A DNA stretch of 64,000 nt from positions 84,616-148,615 of the forward strand of contig CAVOPG010000004.1 in NCBI GenBank assembly GCA_963697835.1, in the 5' to 3' direction. Origin of the DNA: an uncultured Acidobacteriota bacterium (GTDB lineage: Bacteria > Acidobacteriota > Vicinamibacteria > Fen-336). Within the stretch, counting starts at the first letter, position 1. Every line of letters starts with the position of its first letter. Below are positions 21,781-30,589 of this stretch, piece after piece. The position numbers and the translations under genes were made by a program. Below the pieces are notes generated by a model, which saw nothing but the letters and a program-made list of their open reading frames with translations, did no database searches and was not told the DNA's origin.

Positions 21781-22959
21781 ATGGCCGGCGCGGGAGAGGG
21801 TGATCTGACGACCCGGATCCACCACGGCCTAGCGTCCGGCCTGTCGTGTGACGCGATCGTCGCCGATCTGGTCAAGGGCGGGCTCTCGGGGCCGTCCGCC
21901 GAACGACTGGTCGACCGCGCACTGGCGGAGCGGGACGCGAGCGCTTCACCCCGAGAGCGCTCGGCCGACTCCGCGAAGGAGTATCCGGGCGGGCGACGCG
22001 CCATGGTCTGGGGTGCGTTCTGGCTCTCGCTGGGCAGCTGTGTCACCGGCGCCACGTACGTTTTCGCGAAGGCCGGCGATCCGTACGTTCAGTTCGTCCT
22101 GGTCTACGGCCCTGTCGTCGCCGGCGTCCTGGCCTTCGCACGTGGCCTCCACCTCTGGTGGGGGACGTTCGCCGGTCCGTTTCCGTGGCGGCCGGTCCTC
22201 GTCGCCGCGGCCCTGCCGGTCCTGGGGACCCTCGTCCTGGTCCATGGGACGGCGTGGGTGAGCGCCCGCCAGCGCGCCGAAAGGGCGGCGGAATGGGAGC
22301 GAAGCGAGCGTGCCGAGCGCGCGAGGCAGGAGGACGAGGCCGCTGCCGCCCAGCGCACTGCCGCCGACCAGGCTCGCAGCGAGGCGCAGGCGGCACGCGT
22401 CCGCGCGAGGCAGGAGGACGAGGCCGCTGCCGCCCAGCGCGCTGCTGCCGTCCAGGCTCGCAGCGAGGCGCAGGCGGCACGCGTCCGCAACGCGCTGGCG
22501 ACGGTGCGCGCCTCGGAGGACCCCACGGTCCTCTGCGACGCCGCGCTCCTCCTGGGTCGGAGCGGCCGGCGGGAGGCCGTCCCCGACCTCGAGGTCCTTG
22601 TCCGCAACCCCGGCTACACTCGGGTCCAGGGCTGCGCCGCGGCCGCTCTCGTCCAGCTCGGGGAGATCGACACCGCCCTCGCCTTCTACGTCGAGAGCGC
22701 CGGGAGCGCCGACCCCGACCTTCGCCGGTCCGCGTTCACGGGCTTCGGCGAGATCGGGCTCCGGGCCGCCCCGGTGGCGCTGCCGTTTCTCGCCGAGGCG
22801 CTGCATTCACCCCACTGGGACACGCGCTACCTGGCGGTCGACACTCTCTCGAAGCTGGGCCCCACCGCCCGGCCGCTTCTCGAGGAGGCCCTCAGGGACG
22901 CCCAGAAGGACATCCGGGAGCGGGCTACCCGCGCGCTCGCTCGGGACGAGCGCCGGTGA
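21781..22959 (+). CDS. membrane protein with a duplicated 28-aa charged repeat and C-terminal HEAT (PBS-lyase-type) repeats
   Basis: ATG 21781 follows GGGAGGAGG. The protein has several TM helices, then ARQEDEAAAAQR..A.QARSEAQAARVR twice, then HEAT-like repeats (DPDLRRSAFTGFGEIG, HWDTRYLAVDTLSKLG). Confidence 0.6.
   Translation: MAGAGEGDLTTRIHHGLASGLSCDAIVADLVKGGLSGPSAERLVDRALAERDASASPRERSADSAKEYPGGRRAMVWGAFWLSLGSCVTGATYVFAKAGDPYVQFVLVYGPVVAGVLAFARGLHLWWGTFAGPFPWRPVLVAAALPVLGTLVLVHGTAWVSARQRAERAAEWERSERAERARQEDEAAAAQRTAADQARSEAQAARVRARQEDEAAAAQRAAAVQARSEAQAARVRNALATVRASEDPTVLCDAALLLGRSGRREAVPDLEVLVRNPGYTRVQGCAAAALVQLGEIDTALAFYVESAGSADPDLRRSAFTGFGEIGLRAAPVALPFLAEALHSPHWDTRYLAVDTLSKLGPTARPLLEEALRDAQKDIRERATRALARDERR
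22321..22488 (+). repeat. 84-bp direct tandem duplication (2 copies) inside CDS 21781..22959
   Basis: GCGAGGCAGGAGGACGAGGCCGCTGCCGCCCAGCGC... occurs at 22321 and again at 22405. The copies differ at a few positions and the repeat is in frame (28 aa). Confidence 0.85.
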
Positions 22960-23004
22960 GCGAACGTGGTCCTCGCTTGAGGCGACCGGCGTACCGCCGA
23001 TCGT

Positions 23005-24353
23005 TCAGCTCGCCGACGGCTTCGCGGGGGGCGCCTCGAGCTTCTTCCTGAGGGACTTGATCGTGGCTTCCGGAGCGCTGGCCCGGGGGCAGCGACTCGG
23101 CGTACGCGAGCGCCTGCTCGAGGGCCTCGCGCGAGGCCGCGGCGTCGCCCTTCGCGGCGAAGATCTCCGACCGGGTCTGGAGCACGCGGACGCGGCGCGG
23201 GCCGGCGACCTTCGGCAGCGCACGGTTCGACGCGGCGAGCGCCTCGTCGGCCTTCTTCATCTCGAGGTAGGCGACCGCGAGTCGCGCCGGCGGGTTGTAG
23301 TCGTCGGGCAGGTCGTTCTCGGATGCCTGCAGCATCGGGACGGCCCGCTCCGGCTGCCGCAGCTCCAGGTAGGCCGAGAGCCGGTGCGAGTCGAAGACGG
23401 CGCGCTGCTCCGGTGTCTTCGCCGCGGCGGCCTGCGCCTCGAGGAAGGCCGCCCATCCCTCGGCGTCCTTCGTGGCGCCGGCCGCGTCGCCCGCGTCCTT
23501 GCGGGCCTGGATCAGGGAGAGGTAGCTCGTCGAGACGTCGTCGGCGGCTGCGCCGAGGCCGGGAGTCGGCCAGCGTCTCGCGCGTCGCCGTCTCCATCTC
23601 GGCGAGCGCTCCCGCGCGGACCGCGTCCTCCTTCCCGAGGTCGAGCGCGCAGGCGAGCCCGCTCCGCGCCACCATGACCGACGCCGGCGAACCCGACAGG
23701 CGGGGCAGGGCCTCGCGGGCGAGAGCCAGACACTTCGCCTCCTCGTGGAGCGACTGGTGGAGGAAGAGAAGGGCGCCGACGGCCCGGCCATAGGGCGGCC
23801 AGACGCTCGGCGCCTGGTCGAGGGCCTCGCGGTAGGCGGCCGCGGCCTCGGCGTCCTTCCCCTCACCGCTCCGGCGGTCGGCCCGCAGGAGGGCGGCCTC
23901 CGCCGGGGAAGAAGGAGCGGCGCCCGCGACGGTGGCGCGCGCCTCGTCGAGGAAAGCCCCCATCTCGGCGACGGTCATGCCGTCCACCCGCTGCATCACC
24001 ACGGACTCGTCGGCGGCGTTCAGCACGTAGAAGGTGGGCAGGGCGTCCAGGGAGAGTCGCTCCAGGTGCGCCGCGTTCTTCTCTTCGTCGACGTTCAGTT
24101 CGAGCCAGACGAACTGTCCGGCGCGGCTCGTGAGGGCGGGGTCGGTGAAGACGAATGCCCTCATCGAGCGGCAGGTGTGTCACCAGGGGGCCCAGGCTTC
24201 GATGAAGAGCGGGAGCTTCTGGGCCCGCGCCTCGGCCAGGGCTTTCGCATAGTCGTCGGCGACGAAGGAGAGGACCTTCTCGGGGCCATCGGCGGCGGCG
24301 GGGGCCGCGAGCAGGCCGAGGGCGAGAGCGGCGACGGGAATCGGGATGCGCAT
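23005..24353 (-). pseudogene. secreted thioredoxin-fold + TPR protein with TGA at the first CxxC position (candidate selenoprotein) and two additional frame breaks (~23560, ~23090)
   Basis: ATG 24353 with a signal peptide. The sequence reads ...PLFIEAWAPW-TGA(24180-24182 complement)-HTCRSMRAFVFTDPAL, in frame with ORF 22827..24164. The TPR-like C-terminal part continues in ORF 22925..23866 and then ORF 23005..23223 (ends ...IKSLRKKLEAPPAKPSAS). Confidence 0.65.
24122..24173 (-). other. extended imperfect hairpin 7 nt downstream of the in-frame TGA (SECIS-like candidate)
   Basis: On the mRNA, UGCC-GCUCG-au-GAGGGC-auuc-GUC-uucacc-GAC-ccc-GCCCUC-a-CGAGC-CGCG gives about 17 pairs in three stacked helices. 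The fold was drawn by hand, and the apical loop features were not validated against a SECIS model. Confidence 0.3.
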
Positions 24354-24387
24354 GCACGGTCTCCTGGGTGCGGCGACCACGGCCACG

Positions 24388-25638
24388 CTACACCCCGGCC
24401 CCGGGAGGGTCAAGGCTCAAGACGCTGGGGTGAGGACAGTGCAGACCGACGCACAGATCGGCCCGCCGATGTTGAAGGTGGCGGCGGCGCGGGCGTCCTG
24501 TCACCTGCAGCTCTTTCGGCGCCCGACCCTGCAGCTGCCAGGCGCACCAGCCGATCATGGCGACACCGGTGGCCCCGATGGGGTGGCCCTTGGCGATGAG
24601 GCCGCCCGAGGTGTTGATGCCGCACTCGCCGGCGGGCGCCGCCTTGCCGTCGACCCAGTAGCGCGCGCCCTTCCCGTAGCCCGCCTTGCCGATGACCTCG
24701 GTGCCGATCGCGCCCATGACCGTGAAGCAGTCGTGGAGCTCGGCCACGTTGACGTCCTTCGGCGAGACGCCGGCCATCGCGTAGGCCCCGTTCATCGCGG
24801 CGTAGGCCCCCTTCGGGCGCAGCACGTCGCGGCCTTCCTTCTTCAGGGGGTCGGTGGCCTGGCCCCAGCCGGCGATCCTCACGCAGTCCTTCTTCGAGAC
24901 GCCGAGCCGGGCGAGGCCTTCCTCGGTGGCGACGATCAGGCCGGCGTAGCCGTCGGTGATCTGCGAGCAGTCGAAGGTCTTCAGCCGCAGTCCGTCCGCG
25001 ATGTAGCGGTTGATGCCCTCGATCTGGCAGGCCTTCTCGACCGTGAGGTCCACGTTCCGCATCTGCGCGTAGGGGTTGTGCTTCGCGTTCCGGTACTCCT
25101 GGACCGCGATCGCGGCGAGGTGCTCCTCGGTGTAGCCGTGGGTCCCCAGGTAGGCGTCCATCACCTCGGCGAAGAGGTGCGGGAAGACGAAGACCTTGCC
25201 CGGCCGCTCGTCCGGGTGGGAGAAGTAGCCCAGCACCTTGCCCACGAGCTTGCCGTCCATCTTCCCGTCGGCGTCGCGCATCTTCTCGTAGCCGACCGCG
25301 ATGCCGGCCTCGCCGAGGCCGCACTGCAGCTTCTGGATCACGGAGAGGACGGCCTGCCCACCCGAGGCGCAGGCGTTCTCGACCGACTCGATGGGCTTCG
25401 CGCCGAGGCCGGGCACCTGGGCCACGAGGCCGGCGAGGAGGCCCTGCTCGTTGAGCGAGATGTTGCAGACCGCGCCGATCGAGGCCACGTCGAGGGCGGA
25501 GGCGTCGATCCCGATCTCCCGGCACGTCCCGGAGACGGCGTTGGCCACGATCTCGGGCACGGTCATGCCCATGAGCTTGCCGAACACCGACTGGTGGTAG
25601 GCGGCGATGTAGACGGGCTTCACGAGACCCTCCCGCAC
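24388..25638 (-). CDS. thiolase (SCP-x/nsLTP-type acetyl-CoA C-acyltransferase), with the last ~30 codons apparently out of frame
   Basis: Catalytic motifs are ENACASGG, HDCF and GHPIGATG. The likely start is GTG 25623 (VKPVYIAAY) after GGGAGGG. The expected C-terminus DARAAATFNIGGPICASVCTVLTPAS (stop at 24417) is found one frame over from about 24480. Confidence 0.8.
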   Translation of the reverse strand: MREGLVKPVYIAAYHQSVFGKLMGMTVPEIVANAVSGTCREIGIDASALDVASIGAVCNISLNEQGLLAGLVAQVPGLGAKPIESVENACASGGQAVLSVIQKLQCGLGEAGIAVGYEKMRDADGKMDGKLVGKVLGYFSHPDERPGKVFVFPHLFAEVMDAYLGTHGYTEEHLAAIAVQEYRNAKHNPYAQMRNVDLTVEKACQIEGINRYIADGLRLKTFDCSQITDGYAGLIVATEEGLARLGVSKKDCVRIAGWGQATDPLKKEGRDVLRPKGAYAAMNGAYAMAGVSPKDVNVAELHDCFTVMGAIGTEVIGKAGYGKGARYWVDGKAAPAGECGINTSGGLIAKGHPIGATGVAMIGWCAWQLQGRAPKELQVTGRPRRRHLQHRRADLCVGLHCPHPSVLSLDPPGAGV

Positions 25639-25671
25639 GGACGCCTCGATTCAAGATTCAAGATCTGACCC

Positions 25672-26451
25672 CTACGTGCCCACGACGACGCCGCCGTCCA
25701 CGGAAAGGCAGTGGCCGGTGACGAAGGAGGCCTGGTCCGACGCGAGCCAGCAGTAGGCGTTCGCGACGTCCTCGGGCTGGCCCATCCGCCCGAGCGGCGT
25801 CCTCCCGACCATCGAGTCGAGGATCTTCGGCGGCATCGAGCTCAGGATCTCGGTGGCGACGAACCCTGGGGCGACGGCGTTCACGCGGATCTTGTGCTTC
25901 CCGAGCTCGCGGGCCCAGGTGCGGGTCATCCCGATCACGCCGGCTTTCGTAGCCACGTAGTTCGTCTGGCCGAAATTCCCGTAGAGGCCCACCACCGACG
26001 ACGCGCTCAGCACGACGCCCCCGCCGCCGCGGATCATGTGGGGCACCGCCGCCCGCGTGCAGAGGAAGACGCCCTTGAGGTTCACGCCGAGGACCGCGTC
26101 CCACGCCTCGTCGGTCATCGTGCCCGTGACCGCCCCGTCCTTCCACTGGACGAGCTGGGCGTCGCGCAGGATGCCCGCGTTGTTGACGAGCACGTCGATG
26201 CGGCCCCATCGGCCGACGATGGCGGCCACCCCCGTCTCGACCGAGATGGCCTCCGCGACGTCGACGCGGGCGAAGAGCCCTTCCCCACCGGCCTGCCCGA
26301 TCTCCTCGACGAGCCCCGGGCCTGCCGCCGCGTTCACGTCGAAGCCGGCCACCCGGCAGCCCTCGCCGGCGAAGCGCACGGCGGTGGCGCGCCCGATGCC
26401 GGCGGCCGCCCCGGTGACGATCACGACCTTTCCCCGCAGGCCGGTGTCCAT
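25672..26451 (-). CDS. short-chain dehydrogenase/reductase, FabG-like 3-oxoacyl reductase
   Basis: Motifs are VVIVTGAAAGIGRA (TGxxxGxG), NNAG and YVATKAG (YxxxK). Length is 259 aa. Confidence 0.85.
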   Translation of the reverse strand: MDTGLRGKVVIVTGAAAGIGRATAVRFAGEGCRVAGFDVNAAAGPGLVEEIGQAGGEGLFARVDVAEAISVETGVAAIVGRWGRIDVLVNNAGILRDAQLVQWKDGAVTGTMTDEAWDAVLGVNLKGVFLCTRAAVPHMIRGGGGVVLSASSVVGLYGNFGQTNYVATKAGVIGMTRTWARELGKHKIRVNAVAPGFVATEILSSMPPKILDSMVGRTPLGRMGQPEDVANAYCWLASDQASFVTGHCLSVDGGVVVGT

Positions 26452-26461
26452 TGGAGCCAGT

Positions 26462-27301
26462 CTACAGCAGCCCCTCGATCGTCTCCCGGCTCGGCACTCC
26501 CGGACACGAGACGGTGGCCGCTCCCCACGAAACCGCCGTCTCGAGGACCTTCCGCGTCGGCCGGCCGAGGGTGAGGCCGTGGACGAGGCCCGCGGCGAAG
26601 ACGTCCCCGGCCGCCGTCGAGTCCACGACGGGTACTTTCGGCGCGGGCACGGAGACCCGTTCGGACTTGCCGAAGGCCTCGGCTCCCCGCGGGCCGCGGG
26701 TGACGACCACCAGCCGCAGCGTCTCCCCGGCGATCGCCCGTCCCGCCGCCCAGGGGTCGGCGAGGAACGACGGAGGGAGGTCCGACTCCGAGCCGACGAG
26801 GACGTGGGCCGGCCGCGATCCCGCCTCGAGCGGCGGGACGTGGGCGACCACGAGGCTGCGGACCGCCGCCTCCGACAGGAGCTCGCGCACGTCGAGATCG
26901 CGGCTGCGCACGTAGACGGCGTCGGAGGCGAGAGAGGCGAGGCGCTGCGGCGGGCCGGGCTCGCGGCACCGGTTGAGATTGACGATCGTCCGCTCGCCGC
27001 CGGGGTCCACGAACACGAGCGAGCGCGTGCTGTCGCCGGGGACGCGGACGACCGCCGAGACGTCGATCCCCGCCTCCTGCAGCTTCGCCAGCAGCCACTC
27101 CGCGACCGCGTCGGCGCCGACCGGGGCGACGAGCGTGACCTCGTGGCCGGCGTGGCGAAGCGGGATCGCGGTGTTCGCCCCTCCCCCTCCGAGGCGGAGC
27201 CTGCGCGCGGCCGCGTCGAGGTGGCGGCCCGGAGCGAGGGGCTGCACCAGCTTGAAGACGTCGTCCTGCGCCACCGATCCCACGACGACGATGCGCGCCA
27301 A
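26462..27301 (-). CDS. PfkB-family carbohydrate kinase (ribokinase-like)
   Basis: GGGGANTA and VDSTAAGDVFAAG (DTxGAGD-type) motifs. Confidence 0.75.
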   Translation of the reverse strand: MARIVVVGSVAQDDVFKLVQPLAPGRHLDAAARRLRLGGGGANTAIPLRHAGHEVTLVAPVGADAVAEWLLAKLQEAGIDVSAVVRVPGDSTRSLVFVDPGGERTIVNLNRCREPGPPQRLASLASDAVYVRSRDLDVRELLSEAAVRSLVVAHVPPLEAGSRPAHVLVGSESDLPPSFLADPWAAGRAIAGETLRLVVVTRGPRGAEAFGKSERVSVPAPKVPVVDSTAAGDVFAAGLVHGLTLGRPTRKVLETAVSWGAATVSCPGVPSRETIEGLL

Positions 27302-27391
27302 GGCTCTTCGCCTCCATTCCGACGTGAACGGCCTCTCGCGGGCGGGAGGGAGCTCTTCCCACGGATTGTAGCCCGCGGGAATGGGGGAGGC

Positions 27392-28498
27392 CTACGGTCG
27401 GGCGCCGGGTCCGGTCGCGGCCTCGGCCGCCTCCCACTCCGCGCGAGACGGAACGCGGCCCTTGTCGTGGGCGTAGGCGGGGGAGTCGATCGTGCGGATC
27501 CGGCGCCCGTACTCCTCGTTCGCGATCGCGTTCCTCCAGTGGCCGGTCGTCCGCGCGAGGAGCGTGCCGCCGACGAAGAGGCCCACGACGAGGGCGGCGT
27601 ATGCCGCCGGCCGCACCGCGCGTCGCCACGGCGCCGGCGTCTCGACCCGCAGCGCACGCGGGACCGGGCAGGCGGCGACGCAGGAGAGGCAGCCGAAGCA
27701 CTCGTCCGAGCTCACGCGCGCGAGCCTCGCCACCGGGAGGCGGGAGGGGCAGGCCTTCGTGCAGAGGTTGCAGTCGATGCAGGAGGGGGGATGTCGCGTG
27801 ACCTTCAGCGGCGAGAGGAGAGAGAGCGCCCCGAGGAGCGCCCCGTAGGGGCAGAGGTACCGGCACCAGAAGTACGGGACGACGACCGAGAGGCCGAGAA
27901 GGCCGAGGAGCGCCTTCAGGGCGAACGGCGAGAGCCTCTCGAAGAAGTACAGCATCTTCACGTCGGCCACGCGGTTGTAGGGCGAGTCGAGGAAGTCGGC
28001 GACCGCCGCCCTTCCCATCTGGAAGAAGACCGCATACACGAAGAAGGCGAGCAGCAGGTACTTGAGCGAGCGGAGAGGCAGGTCGAGGGGGCGCGGCAGG
28101 CTCAGCGTGCGGCGGAAGAGGCGCCGCGAGAGCCCGGCCAGCATCTCGGAGAGCGTCCCCACCGGGCAGACCCACGAGCAGACTGCCTTCTTGGCCAGGA
28201 ACGAGATCCCCAGGACGAGGAGGAGGACGACGAGGCCGGCGGGGTGAACGGGGTGGACCTCTCCGGTGGTGACGAGATGGCGCAGGCTCAGGAGCGCGGC
28301 GATCGGCAGGAAGGCCTCGACCCCGGGCGGGCGCGCGCCCACGGCCCGCCCGGCCTCGAGGCCGTGCACCCAGCGCACGAACTCCCCGCCGATCCAGAGA
28401 ACGGTGAGCAGGAAGGCGGCCTGCACCACGTGGCGCGACCACTCGATGCGGCGGCGGCGGGCGCGCAAGGCCTTTCCCGTCAGGACTCCAAACGTCAC
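27392..28498 (-). CDS. membrane-bound 4Fe-4S polyferredoxin (NapH/MauN/YccM-like)
   Basis: Multiple TM helices carry CSWVCP and CRYLCP motifs. There are two ferredoxin clusters, CIDCNLCTKACP and CFGCLSCVAACP. Confidence 0.75.
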   Translation of the reverse strand: MTFGVLTGKALRARRRRIEWSRHVVQAAFLLTVLWIGGEFVRWVHGLEAGRAVGARPPGVEAFLPIAALLSLRHLVTTGEVHPVHPAGLVVLLLVLGISFLAKKAVCSWVCPVGTLSEMLAGLSRRLFRRTLSLPRPLDLPLRSLKYLLLAFFVYAVFFQMGRAAVADFLDSPYNRVADVKMLYFFERLSPFALKALLGLLGLSVVVPYFWCRYLCPYGALLGALSLLSPLKVTRHPPSCIDCNLCTKACPSRLPVARLARVSSDECFGCLSCVAACPVPRALRVETPAPWRRAVRPAAYAALVVGLFVGGTLLARTTGHWRNAIANEEYGRRIRTIDSPAYAHDKGRVPSRAEWEAAEAATGPGARP

Positions 28499-28641
28499 GG
28501 TTCAGTTCTAGCGGTTCACCCGGCCGGGGGCCATGACGGGCGTCATGCGGGTATCCGGCCGCCCGGAGACGCTGGCCAACGGCAGTAAAGTAGCCACGCC
28601 GGGCCGCCTCGGACAGCGACGGCAGGCGGAGGAGGGTTTCG

Positions 28642-29736
28642 ATGTCAGAGGACATGTCGCGTCGCGGTTTCCTGGCCGGGCTCACGGTCGGAGGAACGGC
28701 GTTGGCCCTCGAAACGGCGGCGGGCGCCGACGCCGTGGTGCAGCCGGTGCACCCTCGAGTGGAGGTCCCGCCCACGGGGGGACCGATCAAGATCCTGCTC
28801 GTGGCGAAGCTCGCTCCCGACGAGATCGAGACGATCCGCCGCGCGGGCCGGAACGTGGAGCTCATCGTCCCGCGCGACGACTCCCAGACCCTGACCGCGG
28901 CGGCGGAGGCCGAGGTGATCCTGGGCGAACCCCCCGCCGAGGCGATCCGGGCCGCGCGGAGGCTCAAGTGGGTGCAGCACTGGGCGGCCGGGGTCGAGAG
29001 GCTCCCCCGGGAGCTGATGCAGCACCCCTGCGTGCTCACGAACATGCAGCGGGTCTTCGCCCCCGTCATCGCCGAGACGGCCTTCGGCCTCCTGCTCGGT
29101 CTGACCCGCGGCCTCGTGCAAGCGTCGGTCCCGAACTTCCGGCTCCACAAGTGGGAGCGCGGCGGCAGCGTCCCCCTCGACGACCTCTACGGGAAGACGC
29201 TGGGCGTCGTCGGCCTCGGCGGGATCGGCACCGAGGTCGCCCGCCGGGCCCACCACGGCTTCGGCATGAGGGTCCTGGCCGTCGACCCCAAGCCCATGCC
29301 AAAGCCCGAGTTCGTCGCCGAGCTGCGGGAGCCGGCCTGGCTCCCCGAGATGGTCCCGCAGGTGGACGTCCTCCTCAGCTCGGCCCCCCACACCCGGGAG
29401 ACGGTGAAGCTCTTCGGCGAGGCCGTGTTCCGCGCTCTCCGGAGGACGGCCTACTTCATCAACGTCTCGCGGGGCGCGCTCGTCGACCAGGAGGCCCTGG
29501 CGCGGGCCCTGAAAGAAGGCTGGATCCGCGGGGCCGGGCTCGACGTGACCACCCCCGAGCCCCTTCCGCCGGAAGATCCGCTGTGGGATTGCCCGAACCT
29601 GGCCATCACCCCGCACAACTCCAGCGCCGCCCCCGTCCGCCAGGTGCGCATCGTGGCCCTCGTGGCCGAGAACGTGCGCCGCTACTCGACCGGGCTGGCG
29701 ATGCTGAACGTGGTGGACAAGGAGCGGGGGTACTGA
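28642..29736 (+). CDS. D-isomer-specific 2-hydroxyacid dehydrogenase family protein with a twin-arginine signal
   Basis: The TAT-like N-terminus is MSRRGFLAGLTVGGTALALETAAGADA. The NAD site is GVVGLGGIGTEVARRA and the catalytic region is AITPHNSS. Confidence 0.75.
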   Translation: MSEDMSRRGFLAGLTVGGTALALETAAGADAVVQPVHPRVEVPPTGGPIKILLVAKLAPDEIETIRRAGRNVELIVPRDDSQTLTAAAEAEVILGEPPAEAIRAARRLKWVQHWAAGVERLPRELMQHPCVLTNMQRVFAPVIAETAFGLLLGLTRGLVQASVPNFRLHKWERGGSVPLDDLYGKTLGVVGLGGIGTEVARRAHHGFGMRVLAVDPKPMPKPEFVAELREPAWLPEMVPQVDVLLSSAPHTRETVKLFGEAVFRALRRTAYFINVSRGALVDQEALARALKEGWIRGAGLDVTTPEPLPPEDPLWDCPNLAITPHNSSAAPVRQVRIVALVAENVRRYSTGLAMLNVVDKERGY

Positions 29737-29743
29737 GAGTGCC

Positions 29744-30541
29744 TCAGTAGAGGCGGAACGCGAGCTCCTGCGGGACGCGGGCGGCGACCGGCGCGTCGCC
29801 GCGCCGCGCGGGCTCGAACCGCCAGAAGGGCAGGACGCCCAGGACCGCGGCCTCGTGCGCGGCGTCGAGGGAGGCCTTGATCACCGGGCGGTGGAGCCTC
29901 CCATCGGTGCCGACGACCGCTTCGAACCCGACCAGCCGCTCGACGCGCATGTGTCCCGATGGGTCGCGATAGGTGGGGTCGACGGACAGCAGCCGCCGCG
30001 GCCAGGCCACGACCCTCCGCGCGAGCTTGTGCTCGGCGTCGTTCGCGTCCGGCAGCTCGCTCGCCACCTCGGACGGCGCCTCGCCCGGGGGGCGGTCGAA
30101 GGCCGTGCCTTTCGCGCGCAGGTAGGCTTCCGGTGTCAGAAGCACCTCGTCGATGCGCGCCGTGACGTCGGGGGTCACCGACCCCGGGGGGAGGCCGGTG
30201 AGGACGAGCTTGGTCCCCGGCTCGAGGCGTTTGCACTTCACTCGGCGCTCGCCGACCCTGGGCAGGCCCAGGTTCTCGAGCGCGAAGCGCGCCGTTCCAT
30301 TGTCGAAGGCGACGCTTCGTATGCGTACGGCGACGTCGCAGTCGCCGGTCAGACCGGCCCCGGCCTTGAGGGTGATCGCCCGCTCGTTTCCCCGGTGCGC
30401 AAGCACGCGCAGCGCACCCTCGTAGGGGCGGAGCAGGGGGGAGAGAGGCGTCGGAGCGGAAGGAGGGCCCTTGGGGCCGGCGGTCTTGCAGGCCGGCGCG
30501 AGGAGGGCGAGGAGCGCGAGGCCGTACCACGAGCGGGTCAT
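29744..30541 (-). CDS. lipoprotein with a TonB C-terminal-like domain
   Basis: Lipobox LLALLAPAC after ATG 30541. The C-terminus LDAAHEAAVLGVLPFWRFEPARRGDAPVAARVPQELAFRL resembles TonB_C. Confidence 0.55.
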   Translation of the reverse strand: MTRSWYGLALLALLAPACKTAGPKGPPSAPTPLSPLLRPYEGALRVLAHRGNERAITLKAGAGLTGDCDVAVRIRSVAFDNGTARFALENLGLPRVGERRVKCKRLEPGTKLVLTGLPPGSVTPDVTARIDEVLLTPEAYLRAKGTAFDRPPGEAPSEVASELPDANDAEHKLARRVVAWPRRLLSVDPTYRDPSGHMRVERLVGFEAVVGTDGRLHRPVIKASLDAAHEAAVLGVLPFWRFEPARRGDAPVAARVPQELAFRLY

Positions 30542-30589
30542 GAGCCATTCTACGACGGGCCTCCCGACCGCCAGCGATGTCATTCGAGG

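Noticed and set aside
25648-25665. GATTCAA GATTCAA GATC tandem heptamer between the SDR and thiolase genes.
   Set aside because: It is too short to distinguish from chance and no partner site is seen. It is noted only as an AT-rich spot in the spacer.
28500-28523. GTTC direct repeats (GGTTCAGTTCTAGCGGTTCA) resembling a GTTC-N7-GTTC LexA box.
   Set aside because: The spacings are 1, 5 and 10 nt, none of them 7. It is a single occurrence and not next to a repair gene.
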